Below, in pieces: positions 1 to 8,588 of a stretch of 29,868 bases of DNA. The notes under the pieces are model-generated. The model did not search any database and was not told the origin of the DNA. It was given only the letters and a program-made list of their open reading frames with translations. How positions within the stretch are numbered: position 1 is the first letter of the stretch; every line of letters starts with the position of its first letter. Origin of the DNA: a virus; IMG/VR virus record IMGVR_UViG_3300045988_021149, positions 1 through 29,868 of that record. One strand, 5' to 3'. A program made the position numbers and the translations under genes.

Positions 1-96
1 AACGATATATTAGGTATCAACATGGGAAGTGAGTTTTTAGATGCCGAGGTAATAGAACACGAGGAGGACGAAAACAGTGAAGAAACAGACTCTTAG
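1..96 (+). CDS. 3' end of an ORF truncated by the window edge; by position probably the small terminase subunit
   Basis: Frame 1 is open from nt 1 to TAG at 94-96 (…EVIEHEEDENSEETDS*). It overlaps the GTG start of the large terminase by 20 nt, the usual terS/terL layout. Only 31 codons are visible, so there is no motif support. Confidence 0.3.
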   Translation, partial: NDILGINMGSEFLDAEVIEHEEDENSEETDS

Positions 97-1720
97 TGTT
101 ACGGAACAACATTTTAAGGATGTAGAGGACTTAAAAGAGGCTAAAGCTATAAATAAGAGCCAAGAAGAAGTTGTTAGGTTGTTGAAGGGAGCTACCCCGA
201 AGTATAAATTAAAGAATTGGACGAGAGGATATATCCCCGAGCATTACAAACGACTAAATATTTCTAGACAAGAAGCTTTCAGACTTGCGGTTATCGGTGC
301 AAGAGAGGCTTTGACATTTTTTCAAGTCAATCTTCACTTCACACAAGCTATGTTGTTCGGTGCGGTTGTAGAAGGGTACGATACAATCTATGCAATTACA
401 ACTTCTCAGTATGGCAAAAGTTGGACTTTAGGTATGATTGCTATTTATCGTGCTTATAAAGGACATCAAGTACGAATTGCGGCCGCAACAGGAGAAACCG
501 CTACTATCATCATGTCAAAAGTAATCGGACATTTACAAAATGCAGACGAGTCTATTCAGAGTTCTGTATTAGATTCAGGAAACAAGATTGAGAAATTGCA
601 GACTTCTACTTCCAAAACTAAGATTTCGTTCAAAGGTGGAGGATGTGTAGAAATCGTTACATTAGGTGGAAACAGTGTAGACCCAAAGAAAAACAACAAC
701 GCTATCGGTAAGGGCGGAGATTATATAATTGACGAAGCGGCCCAAGTTAGTGAAGATGCGTATGCCGAGATAGGACGAAGGGAATTTTCAAGTGTTGACG
801 GTTCAAAAGAGCTTGAAATTGCTATTTCCAACCCTCACAAACGAGGAGAGTTTTACGATTGCATGACAAACGAGAAATACCCCGAAGGAACATTAGTTGT
901 TTGGATGGATGTCCGTACTGCTTACGAAGAAGATCGTATGAAAAGTGCATCTCAGATTCTAAATTCTCATTTTTACAAGAATAGAAGTACTTGCCAACGT
1001 TATTTAGTATGCGAATTAGAGGAATTTTCAGACGAAAGTATGTTCAAAACCATGACTCTAGACGACGATAAAGCCGATAATTCTTATAAAAAGCGTTTTT
1101 TCCTAGGTATTGACTCAGCTTATACAGGAAAAGATGGTATAGATGTTGCTTTATGTTCCCAAAATAGATACGGAAACTGCAAAATCGAGACAATTTACAA
1201 TCTAAAAGAGGGTGTTTGGGTGCAAGGAGTCACATCTGAGAAGATTATTACCAAGATTGTCAAGATTATCGAGACATTAAATATCAAATATGTTTGTGTT
1301 GACGTTGGTTTCGGTACTTGGTTGACCGAAGGATTGTCAAAATACTCGGATAAGCTAAGATTTATCCTTGAGGGTGTCAATTTCCAAGGAGGGCCAACAA
1401 AAACACGTATCAAGGCAAGACATTACAGTGCAGTATATGCATTTAATCTAAGAGCGGAAATGTATTTAGACTTTCAGCAGCTAATGGACAGTAAGAAATT
1501 GACTTTCACAACGGAAGTTGCCAAAAGATTGAAGCCTGAATTGCTTGCTACAAGGACTGTATCGAAGAACAATAAGAAGATAGCCATTATTCCTAAGGAA
1601 GAGATAAAACAACGCTTAGGACACTCTCCTGATGCCCTAGATTCCTCAGTACTTTCTGTCCGCAGTTGTTTAATGTATAATCTAAGCAGTGAAATACTTG
1701 CGTATGCAGAGAACGATTAG
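77..1720 (+). CDS. terL: Terminase large subunit (ATPase + nuclease)
   Basis: 547-aa ORF with a GTG start 9 nt after GAGGAGG (61-67). Walker A-like TTSQYGKSWT and Walker B-like DYIIDEAA. C-terminal RNase H-like acidic motifs LGIDSAYTGKDG, VCVDVGFG and SPDALDS. It is the first gene of the packaging/head module. Confidence 0.85.
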   Translation: MKKQTLSVTEQHFKDVEDLKEAKAINKSQEEVVRLLKGATPKYKLKNWTRGYIPEHYKRLNISRQEAFRLAVIGAREALTFFQVNLHFTQAMLFGAVVEGYDTIYAITTSQYGKSWTLGMIAIYRAYKGHQVRIAAATGETATIIMSKVIGHLQNADESIQSSVLDSGNKIEKLQTSTSKTKISFKGGGCVEIVTLGGNSVDPKKNNNAIGKGGDYIIDEAAQVSEDAYAEIGRREFSSVDGSKELEIAISNPHKRGEFYDCMTNEKYPEGTLVVWMDVRTAYEEDRMKSASQILNSHFYKNRSTCQRYLVCELEEFSDESMFKTMTLDDDKADNSYKKRFFLGIDSAYTGKDGIDVALCSQNRYGNCKIETIYNLKEGVWVQGVTSEKIITKIVKIIETLNIKYVCVDVGFGTWLTEGLSKYSDKLRFILEGVNFQGGPTKTRIKARHYSAVYAFNLRAEMYLDFQQLMDSKKLTFTTEVAKRLKPELLATRTVSKNNKKIAIIPKEEIKQRLGHSPDALDSSVLSVRSCLMYNLSSEILAYAEND

Positions 1721-1731
1721 GAGGTGCTAAT

Positions 1732-3153
1732 TTGAGTCGAAGAACAAAGAAAAGACAAAAGGATAGAGTTAAACTAGCATCCAATACCTATGTGTCACCT
1801 AACATTTCGCACAATATTCACAGTTCTAATGCAGAAACCGAAGCCGAAAAGGTAATGGAAGCTATGTTAAACTGCAATTCAGATTGCATTAACGGATTTA
1901 TAAAGACAAACTTTAAGAATCAGTTTGATGAGATCGATTGGATGATAGACAATCTACCAACGCTACCATATGTTATCGGTAAGGTTATTGACTTTATATT
2001 CTCAAATGGAATCACAACGGGTGATGAGAATTTAGACAAGAATGTTCTTATGCCATTCCTTTACAAACACAATGTGCAAGGTGTTACAAACTATTCTGTA
2101 CTTCAAAATGCTATTATGCAGTCCTTATTGTACGGAAAATGCGGTATTCGTTGGCTAGATGAAGATAAAGGAATTGTTACAGAGAATTATCGTAATTATG
2201 TTTCCATCATGCGTGAAGATGATGAATATAAAGGCTTTAGAGTTCCTATCTGTTATGCTATGTCGGCAGACGATAAAGAACCTATCTCATTAGGAACAAA
2301 GGAAATCGACTTTGACGAAGCGTTATTCCTTAAAACAGGCAAATTAATGTCAAAAGACGGAACAATCATTGTAGAAATCCCTGATAATTTCTGCAATCTT
2401 AGAAACGGAACAGACCATGAGAACGGGTTATCGTGTTTATTACGTGATAAACAACGTCTAAAGCTATTAGGTGCGGTTTACGAGCGTTTAAACTACGATA
2501 TTCAGTATGATGGGCCAGGACGTTTGATTTTTTGGCTAAAAGACGGATTTGCCAAGGGAGATACGATTGATTTATCGGCTTCCCAAGTTCTAGACGAATC
2601 ATCAAGTTCTAAAGCAGACAGAGCCGACAAAGCAAGAATTGAAGCTAAACGTCTAGGTCAGGAAATCAGAAATTCAAAATCAGACAATGTAATCCTTGCA
2701 AGCTCTATTTTCGATAAAATGGATCACTTGCCTCGTGTTACAAAAGGTACAGAGTTCTTAGAATACCTTCAAATGAAGGAAGGTTCTATTATTTGTCAGT
2801 GTTTCGGACTTACTCCTGAATTAATCGGTTTAGGGGATGTATCAGGAAACGTATCTATGGAAAGAATCATAGATAATGCCATGACAAATACAATCGTACC
2901 AATGCGAGAAAGGTTCGCCACTCAGATTTCTCCTATGTTAAGTGAGAAATTAGGTGTGCCAAAGGTTTATTTTGATAAATACGAATTGAAAGAACAACAA
3001 GACAAGTCTGCAAAGACATATAAATTGGCCTTGTCAGTTACTCAAATCGTAGGTGCGATTGTCAACGGAGCAGAAGCGTTAGACAAGAGCACAAAGAATT
3101 ACATGATGGAATCAGTTACTAGAATGATGGATTCTATCGAGAAAACGCTATAG
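1732..3153 (+). CDS. Portal protein (by size and position)
   Basis: 473-aa ORF with a TTG start 7 nt after AGGAGG (1719-1724), immediately downstream of terL. No family motif recognised by eye. Confidence 0.6.
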   Translation: MSRRTKKRQKDRVKLASNTYVSPNISHNIHSSNAETEAEKVMEAMLNCNSDCINGFIKTNFKNQFDEIDWMIDNLPTLPYVIGKVIDFIFSNGITTGDENLDKNVLMPFLYKHNVQGVTNYSVLQNAIMQSLLYGKCGIRWLDEDKGIVTENYRNYVSIMREDDEYKGFRVPICYAMSADDKEPISLGTKEIDFDEALFLKTGKLMSKDGTIIVEIPDNFCNLRNGTDHENGLSCLLRDKQRLKLLGAVYERLNYDIQYDGPGRLIFWLKDGFAKGDTIDLSASQVLDESSSSKADRADKARIEAKRLGQEIRNSKSDNVILASSIFDKMDHLPRVTKGTEFLEYLQMKEGSIICQCFGLTPELIGLGDVSGNVSMERIIDNAMTNTIVPMRERFATQISPMLSEKLGVPKVYFDKYELKEQQDKSAKTYKLALSVTQIVGAIVNGAEALDKSTKNYMMESVTRMMDSIEKTL

Positions 3154-3170
3154 CGAGAGGAGAAAATAAA

Positions 3171-3755
3171 ATGGAAATGGATATTTTAAAAAGTATCTTA
3201 TCTGAAAATGAGGTAACACCCCTAGGAAGTTTGAATGGGACTCCGTTATATTCATTTGAAGATGCACAGAGAATCAACAAAATTGGATTGGTAAAAGAGA
3301 AAATCCAAGGTAAAGAGGTTGAATTTGGTGAAAGACCTATGCGACCTGATGGATTAGGGTATTTGGAGACAAAAGCCAATGCAATTGCAGTTCCAACTTC
3401 TTTCTTTGAGAACAGATACAGAAAAGTAGAAATCGTAAAAACTGTTGCCAATGAAAAAACAGAGAAGGAAGAAACTGTTAAAGATGTATATTACGAAGTC
3501 GTAACAGACTACAGAGCTTGCAAAGAACAGGCTAGTGGACGTGTATATACAACTACAATTCCTGTATATCAGATTGGAGCTAAGAAAGATTCAAAAGGAA
3601 ATGCCGATTTATTCTTAATTGGCCGAAGAAATATTTCAGATACAGACTTTATCAACGAGTTCAAAGGTAAATTGAACAAAGAATCAATGGTCAAGATTCT
3701 TAAATTGATTGGTAATAACCCAACAGAACAAGTAGAAGATACATTAGAGTTTTAA
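3171..3755 (+). CDS. Hypothetical protein, head module (194 aa)
   Basis: ATG preceded by GAGAGGAG. The ORF is tightly packed after the portal, a position often held by minor head proteins. No motif recognised. Confidence 0.5.
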   Translation: MEMDILKSILSENEVTPLGSLNGTPLYSFEDAQRINKIGLVKEKIQGKEVEFGERPMRPDGLGYLETKANAIAVPTSFFENRYRKVEIVKTVANEKTEKEETVKDVYYEVVTDYRACKEQASGRVYTTTIPVYQIGAKKDSKGNADLFLIGRRNISDTDFINEFKGKLNKESMVKILKLIGNNPTEQVEDTLEF

Positions 3756-3780
3756 TTAGAAGTAAAAAGTAGAAAAAAAC

Positions 3781-3875
3781 AAGGCAATATTTGGAAATAA
3801 ACAAAAGGTATAAACAGTTTTCACTGTCTATATAGATTTTTGCATATTTCGAGGTATTGCCTTTTTATATGCAAA
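3781..3875. promoter_or_regulatory. Interlocked inverted repeats inside the only sizeable gap (3756-3896) of the head module
   Basis: AAGGCAATA (3781-3789) pairs with TATTGCCTT (3855-3863). TTTGCATAT (3839-3847) pairs with ATATGCAAA (3867-3875). The right arm of the first repeat lies in the loop of the second. There is also a small ACAGT/ACTGT hairpin at 3814-3827. Confidence 0.35.
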
Positions 3876-3896
3876 GCAACGAAAGGAGATACATAA

Positions 3897-4187
3897 ATGT
3901 CAATTAAACGTAGTTTCACTGTAAAAATCACTTTTAAAGAAGGGTACGGAAACCCAATCACTTTAGAAGGAAAAGATGCGACTGCTTTTAACACTGCTTG
4001 GCATAACAAATTGAATGACCAAGACGGAGCTATTGGATTTGAATGGCCAGTTATTACAAAAACAGAGGACGAACCTCCAAAAACAGTAACAACTTATACT
4101 TCATTCTTATTCTGCAATGTAGCAAAAGTAGAACGCTCAGAACAAAAAGAAACAAAGTATACAGACGATCAATGCCATGATGCTTAG
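3897..4187 (+). CDS. Hypothetical protein (96 aa)
   Basis: ATG 7 nt after AAAGGAGA. It follows the 141-nt structured gap. No motif recognised. Confidence 0.5.
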   Translation: MSIKRSFTVKITFKEGYGNPITLEGKDATAFNTAWHNKLNDQDGAIGFEWPVITKTEDEPPKTVTTYTSFLFCNVAKVERSEQKETKYTDDQCHDA

Positions 4188-4198
4188 AAGGAGAGACC

Positions 4199-4639
4199 AT
4201 GCAAAACAACGTACAAACTATTAACGGTGTTACTTGGTTCGATTCCCTAGAAGAAAGAAATGCTTTCTTAAAGCAAAATGGTAGACATGAGTTCGCATTG
4301 GAAGAAGCAGCAAAGAACGCAAAACAGTATTTGAAACTTCTTGATGTAATAGAAGAAAAAACGCAAATTGACGTTTATTCAAGATTAGATAGCGGTACTT
4401 TGCTATACGGATATGTAGTTCTTGAACCTAAGAAGAAATACAAGATTCCCGAAGATAAAGTTTTGTTAGAAGCACTTAGAAACAAAACTATTCAAAAAAG
4501 ATATGATTCCACAATGGAAGAAATATTAAAAGGAGCAAAGATTCCATACGAAGTCAAGAAGTGTAATTCATGTGGTGGAAGGATTCAGAAATTGTTCTAT
4601 AAACCCGTAATCGTAGTAGAAACGGAGACTAAGAAATAA
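4199..4639 (+). CDS. Hypothetical protein (146 aa) with a C-terminal CxxC
   Basis: ATG after GAAGGAGAG. Its stop overlaps the next start (TAATG). Contains KKCNSCGG near the C-terminus. Confidence 0.5.
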   Translation: MQNNVQTINGVTWFDSLEERNAFLKQNGRHEFALEEAAKNAKQYLKLLDVIEEKTQIDVYSRLDSGTLLYGYVVLEPKKKYKIPEDKVLLEALRNKTIQKRYDSTMEEILKGAKIPYEVKKCNSCGGRIQKLFYKPVIVVETETKK

Positions 4640-5730
4640 TGCCACAAAAGAAAAGAGTTCCAACATATGTAGAAAGCATTAAAGATAGCCTTGATCGCAG
4701 AAAAAAAGGAAAAGCATTTTATGACAATGCAATCACTTTATCTAGCGTAGATAAAGAAAACCATTATGTCAGTGTGAACCTATCCTCAGGGTACGTAGAA
4801 AACAAACCTACACGTCTTATTGACGAGGGGGCAATAACATATGAGGGTGGAGATGATATTCGTCTATACATCAAAAAAGGGGCAGTACAAGCGTTCTACG
4901 ATAGCTTGAGTTCTGATTATGTAGGATATATCAACTTAGCTCACATTGACATTACATCACTCCCTTTAAACTTAGGTACATGGACTAAAGATGATTTAAC
5001 AGTTGTCGATATTGGGGATGGAAGAAAAGGTCTTGATGTAAACGTCAAACTAAACAGGGAATTGCACATTGTGCAAGATTTATTGAAACAAGAAATACCA
5101 TTGAGTATTAGTGCAGAACTGAGAGGGACACTCGATTTTGAATCGTCATTTAAATTTAATGCACCTTTCTACAACGAAATCGAGATTTCTGGTTTCTCAG
5201 TTGTTGCAAATCCAGCCAATGTAAACAGTACAGGCGAAAATTTAAACAGTAAAGGAGACTCAGAAATGAACCTATGGGAAAAGATTTTAAAGTTGAGTTC
5301 TGAAAATAAAGAAGAAAAGAAGAATGAAGCTTTAGAAAACAAAGAGGAAGAAAAAGAAGAAAAAGAACCTTCTAAAGAAGAAAAAGCACCTGAAAGTAAA
5401 GAAGAAGGAACAGAAAACAAAGAAGAAGCTAAAAAAGGCGAAGAAACATTAGAAACTGTTGAAATGTCTAAGGACGATATGGAAAAAATCAACAAATTCA
5501 TGGATGCTTTTGAAGCTTTAAGTGCAAAAGTTGAAGCATTAGAACAAGAAAATGCTGAATTAAAAGAAAAATTAAAAAATTCTAAGAAAGAAAAAACAGA
5601 ATTTGAAAAGAAAGCAGAAAGCACATTAGACAGATTGTCTAGTTTGATCTCAGGACAAGCTAACGATAAAGAAAAGAAAGAAGAAAAATTAGCTTCAACT
5701 TCTAAAGTTAGCGGAGATATGTGGGGATAG
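4639..5730 (+). CDS. Prohead (capsid maturation) serine protease domain fused to an E/K-rich coiled-coil scaffold domain
   Basis: Lies directly upstream of the major capsid gene. The N-terminal half has INLAHID (candidate His), LSISAEL (candidate Ser) and EIEISGFSVVANPANVNS. The last resembles the E-x-S-x-V-x-x-PA motif that closes HK97-family prohead proteases (from memory). The C-terminal 150 aa is E/K-rich with heptad-like repeats, typical of scaffolds. Confidence 0.6.
   Translation: MPQKKRVPTYVESIKDSLDRRKKGKAFYDNAITLSSVDKENHYVSVNLSSGYVENKPTRLIDEGAITYEGGDDIRLYIKKGAVQAFYDSLSSDYVGYINLAHIDITSLPLNLGTWTKDDLTVVDIGDGRKGLDVNVKLNRELHIVQDLLKQEIPLSISAELRGTLDFESSFKFNAPFYNEIEISGFSVVANPANVNSTGENLNSKGDSEMNLWEKILKLSSENKEEKKNEALENKEEEKEEKEPSKEEKAPESKEEGTENKEEAKKGEETLETVEMSKDDMEKINKFMDAFEALSAKVEALEQENAELKEKLKNSKKEKTEFEKKAESTLDRLSSLISGQANDKEKKEEKLASTSKVSGDMWG
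5266..5730 (+). CDS. Candidate nested in-frame scaffolding protein (154 aa) from an internal start
   Basis: In-frame ATG at 5266 lies 8 nt after a strong AAAGGAG (5251-5257), exactly at the protease/scaffold domain boundary (…GDSE-MNLWEKILK…). This is analogous to the nested lambda C/Nu3 arrangement. Confidence 0.4.
   Translation: MNLWEKILKLSSENKEEKKNEALENKEEEKEEKEPSKEEKAPESKEEGTENKEEAKKGEETLETVEMSKDDMEKINKFMDAFEALSAKVEALEQENAELKEKLKNSKKEKTEFEKKAESTLDRLSSLISGQANDKEKKEEKLASTSKVSGDMWG
5285..5470 (+). repeat. Purine-rich GAA/AAA/AAG low-complexity tract encoding the E/K-rich scaffold segment
   Basis: Runs of gaagaaaaagaa / aaagaagaa codons. This tract is the cause of the long spurious antisense ORF 5169-5624. 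Confidence 0.7.
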
Positions 5731-5740
5731 GAGGTAAACC

Positions 5741-7003
5741 ATGTTAGATTTATTATTTACAAATCCTGATAACACATTATTAGAGAAAATGGCAGTTACA
5801 CCAGGAATGGTAGAACGTCTAAGTTCTAATATCGAGGATTTAACATCATTCTCAAGAGCTTATATTGATTATGAAAAAGCAAGACAGAATTTAGCAGCAA
5901 ACGCTTCTAAATCAAATGTAGGAACAGTTGGTATCGGTACTGATTATTCAGATAACTCACCAGCCAATCCATTCCAAAACGTGTTCCCATTAGTTTCTTG
6001 GTTAATGAACACACCAGCTTCACGTAAGATGCAAGGTGCTATGAACCGAGGAGCATGGAGCGTAACAAAAAAAGAAGATGGCAAATTCTATATTCAGTTG
6101 CCATTCACATACGGAACAACAGAACCTAAATCAACACAAGGTGAATGTTGCTGGGTTCCATTAGATTTAGCTAAGTGTGGTAGCAATGCTCCGTTGGCAT
6201 TGTTGTGCTTAAAGAGTTGCGAACCTATTATGGATAGCTTAGTAAATGAAACACGTAAAATCAAAGCTAATGACATGGTTTGCTACTTCCAACGTGAAGG
6301 AGAAACTATTAAAGAAGCTCAGAAACGTATGGATTTAATTTCAATGGCATACTTCACTGCTATTAACGTAATCTTAGGGACAATGTCTACAGGTACTCCT
6401 ACATTGAAACCATTCCATGGATTATTGGAAGTAATGGAAAATAAAGCGGTTATCAAAATCGTAGGTACAAACGTATTATCTGCGTTTGATTCAGTTGGTT
6501 TACGTTTGGCAGCTTTAGGAGATGGCGATTACAAATTCGCTTGTCACCCATTGGTACTTGAAGGTATCAAATCTGTTATTGTTCCAGGTAAATTCAACGG
6601 AGAATATCCTGATGGATGGACTCGCAATAAAGAAACAGGCGAAGTCGCATTTAAAGGACATGGATTTATCGCAGATAAATTAGTTCCATGTGACATTACA
6701 AAAGGCACAGGTGATGTATGGGTATTAGAAGGAAATACAGTAGGTTTGGTAATGGGAACTACTTTCCAACCATCTGAAAAATTCCAACGTCATACATTCG
6801 GTGCTACAGATACACCATCTGAAGGATGCGGTACTCAATGTGATTACTACTACAACTTTGGATGTGCATTTGGAACTGATGCAAACCGATTAATGGTAAT
6901 CCAAGGTATCCCAATGTCAGCAGCTACATTAGGAGATACATTAAACGGATTAGACCTTGTATTAAAACCAACAACTATCGTACCAATCAACATTGGTGAA
7001 TAA
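5741..7003 (+). CDS. Major capsid protein (by position and size), unusually Cys-rich
   Basis: 420 aa, ATG after TAGGAGGT, immediately after the protease/scaffold gene. 11 Cys, including GECCWVPLDLAKCGSNAPLALLCLKSCEP and EGCGTQCDYYYNFGCAFG. Confidence 0.65.
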   Translation: MLDLLFTNPDNTLLEKMAVTPGMVERLSSNIEDLTSFSRAYIDYEKARQNLAANASKSNVGTVGIGTDYSDNSPANPFQNVFPLVSWLMNTPASRKMQGAMNRGAWSVTKKEDGKFYIQLPFTYGTTEPKSTQGECCWVPLDLAKCGSNAPLALLCLKSCEPIMDSLVNETRKIKANDMVCYFQREGETIKEAQKRMDLISMAYFTAINVILGTMSTGTPTLKPFHGLLEVMENKAVIKIVGTNVLSAFDSVGLRLAALGDGDYKFACHPLVLEGIKSVIVPGKFNGEYPDGWTRNKETGEVAFKGHGFIADKLVPCDITKGTGDVWVLEGNTVGLVMGTTFQPSEKFQRHTFGATDTPSEGCGTQCDYYYNFGCAFGTDANRLMVIQGIPMSAATLGDTLNGLDLVLKPTTIVPINIGE

Positions 7004-7716
7004 TGTACGAAAAAATTGTCGAACAATTGAAAAATTATTGTTCGTGCATAAAGGAAAGCGATTTAGAAGCAGATAAGCTTGAAAAGAATGTTGGAGAACT
7101 AATTGATTTAATTAGTACCATCACTTGTTGGAAAAACCATCCATGTGAGACTTTCCTCTCATCTCAAAGAGAGGAAGTCTTTGATGTTGGTGAATTTAAG
7201 AAATGTGGATGCGATTCAGGGATTGTACGCATACCGCTATTCTATCCAATGATTGACCCAACAACGATTGAAGTATCTGTTATCACTAGAGAAAGAATTA
7301 CATTTACTACTCACAAATTAGAAGTCGATAAAGATTTTTCTTATAACCCATACGACAGTATCGTGTACGTTGATTTATCTAATATCGACTACAAAGATGT
7401 GTGCAATTGTGGATGTGATGAATTATCTAAGATCGTTGTCAGTTATGTAGCTGGATATGAAACGATACCTGAATGTCTATTGCCTGTATTCTGCGACTTT
7501 CTACAATTTGTTATCGCAATGAATAGATGCGAATGTGGTTGTAGCACTTGTGAAGAAACAGATGGTAGTGATGTTCTTATCTCAGAAGAAAATTCTGATG
7601 CTCAGATTTCAATTAGTGTGTATGTTCGTGAACATATTACAAAAGCTTATTCAGAGCAGTTAGGTATCTTGTCAGTATGTAATTCAAAAGACACATGGGT
7701 TGGTGCAGTAGTATGA
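7003..7716 (+). CDS. Cysteine-rich head-completion / head-tail connector candidate (237 aa)
   Basis: TAATG-coupled to the capsid gene, in the position of gp6-like connectors. 16 Cys in clustered CxC/CxxC motifs (YCSC, KKCGCDSG, VCNCGCDE, NRCECGCSTCEE). Confidence 0.4.
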   Translation: MYEKIVEQLKNYCSCIKESDLEADKLEKNVGELIDLISTITCWKNHPCETFLSSQREEVFDVGEFKKCGCDSGIVRIPLFYPMIDPTTIEVSVITRERITFTTHKLEVDKDFSYNPYDSIVYVDLSNIDYKDVCNCGCDELSKIVVSYVAGYETIPECLLPVFCDFLQFVIAMNRCECGCSTCEETDGSDVLISEENSDAQISISVYVREHITKAYSEQLGILSVCNSKDTWVGAVV

Positions 7717-7955
7717 GAATTAAATATATTGGAATGAAAAGTTCCACAAAGAAAAACGGATGCCCTGTATGCGGTGCGAAAGCCAAATCAAACACATCTT
7801 ATGAGTATTCAAAACGTATGTGTTTGCCTAGTGGCCTAGTAAAAATATTCCTTATGAACAAAGTTGAGGAAGTATCGTATGAAGACGGTGTATTCCTAAA
7901 AGGCTTTAAATACGTCTATGGAGGCAAACTTTATTACCCCTTTATCGAGGTGTAG
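7713..7955 (+). CDS. Small head-tail module protein (80 aa) with CPVCG
   Basis: ATGA overlap with the stop of the upstream gene favours a start at 7713 over the ORF-track ATG at 7695, which has no SD. Function unknown. Confidence 0.45.
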   Translation: MRIKYIGMKSSTKKNGCPVCGAKAKSNTSYEYSKRMCLPSGLVKIFLMNKVEEVSYEDGVFLKGFKYVYGGKLYYPFIEV

Positions 7956-7958
7956 GAA

Positions 7959-8414
7959 ATGCTAAAAGGCCTCTTAGAAGATGTTATAGAAGCGTGTGAA
8001 GAAGATTTTGAAGGATTGGCTAGTGAATTAGAAGAAACTATGCGAGAAGAAGCCCCAAGAGGGAGTAGATTCTATGCTCAAGAAATGACAAGTATGCCAT
8101 GGAATGAATATAGGCCAGGTGCTTTAAAGGATTCAATCACGAAGGAAAAAGTATCTAATACCGAATATCTAATCGGAGTAGATGCAGACAAACTAGAAAA
8201 AGATTCTAGAAACCCTTCTCACGTTGATTACTCCCCAATGGTACAGAATGGAACAAAACGTGTTTACACATTAGTTCGTAAGCATGGAGGGCCATTCGTT
8301 TGGGTAGATGAAATGGGAAAGAAACACTTTGCACACAAAATTAAGATGCCACCTAGAAAGGCAAATGATTTTGTTGCTAGAGCGGTATCTAGATTTGATG
8401 CAAAAGTTAAATAA
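7959..8414 (+). CDS. HK97 gp10-like head-tail joining / tail completion protein
   Basis: 151 aa, ATG after GAGGTGTAGG. The pattern EEAPRGS…GALKDSI…VDYSPMVQNGT…PRKANDFVARAV resembles the gp10-family signature (aP..tG.L..si … eeGT … f...a) from memory. The position fits. Confidence 0.5.
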   Translation: MLKGLLEDVIEACEEDFEGLASELEETMREEAPRGSRFYAQEMTSMPWNEYRPGALKDSITKEKVSNTEYLIGVDADKLEKDSRNPSHVDYSPMVQNGTKRVYTLVRKHGGPFVWVDEMGKKHFAHKIKMPPRKANDFVARAVSRFDAKVK

Positions 8415-8426
8415 AGGAGATTAAAA

Positions 8427-8588
8427 ATGGAAGAAAAAGTTTCAAAAGCTAAAAAGACTCCTGAACAGAAAGTAGATGTTCAAGCATTTGTTTCACGCAA
8501 ACTAAACGCTTTAAATCAATTAGGCGGTGCTAAAGCAGAGCGTGCTATGGAGCGTGTACTAAAAGCTACAATGGGAGGGCAAAAATAA
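8427..8588 (+). CDS. Small basic protein (53 aa), not in the ORF track
   Basis: ATG 8427 lies 7 nt after AAAGGAGA. TAA at 8586-8588 overlaps the next ATG (TAATG). Sequence: MEEKVSKAKKTPEQKVDVQAFVSRKLNALNQLGGAKAERAMERVLKATMGGQK. Confidence 0.5.
   Translation: MEEKVSKAKKTPEQKVDVQAFVSRKLNALNQLGGAKAERAMERVLKATMGGQK

Noticed and set aside
5169-5624. 151-aa minus-strand ORF antisense to the scaffold region
   Set aside because: It mirrors the GAA/AAA purine-rich tract, giving Ser/Phe/Leu low-complexity sequence. It has no SD and lies fully inside a well-supported plus-strand gene.
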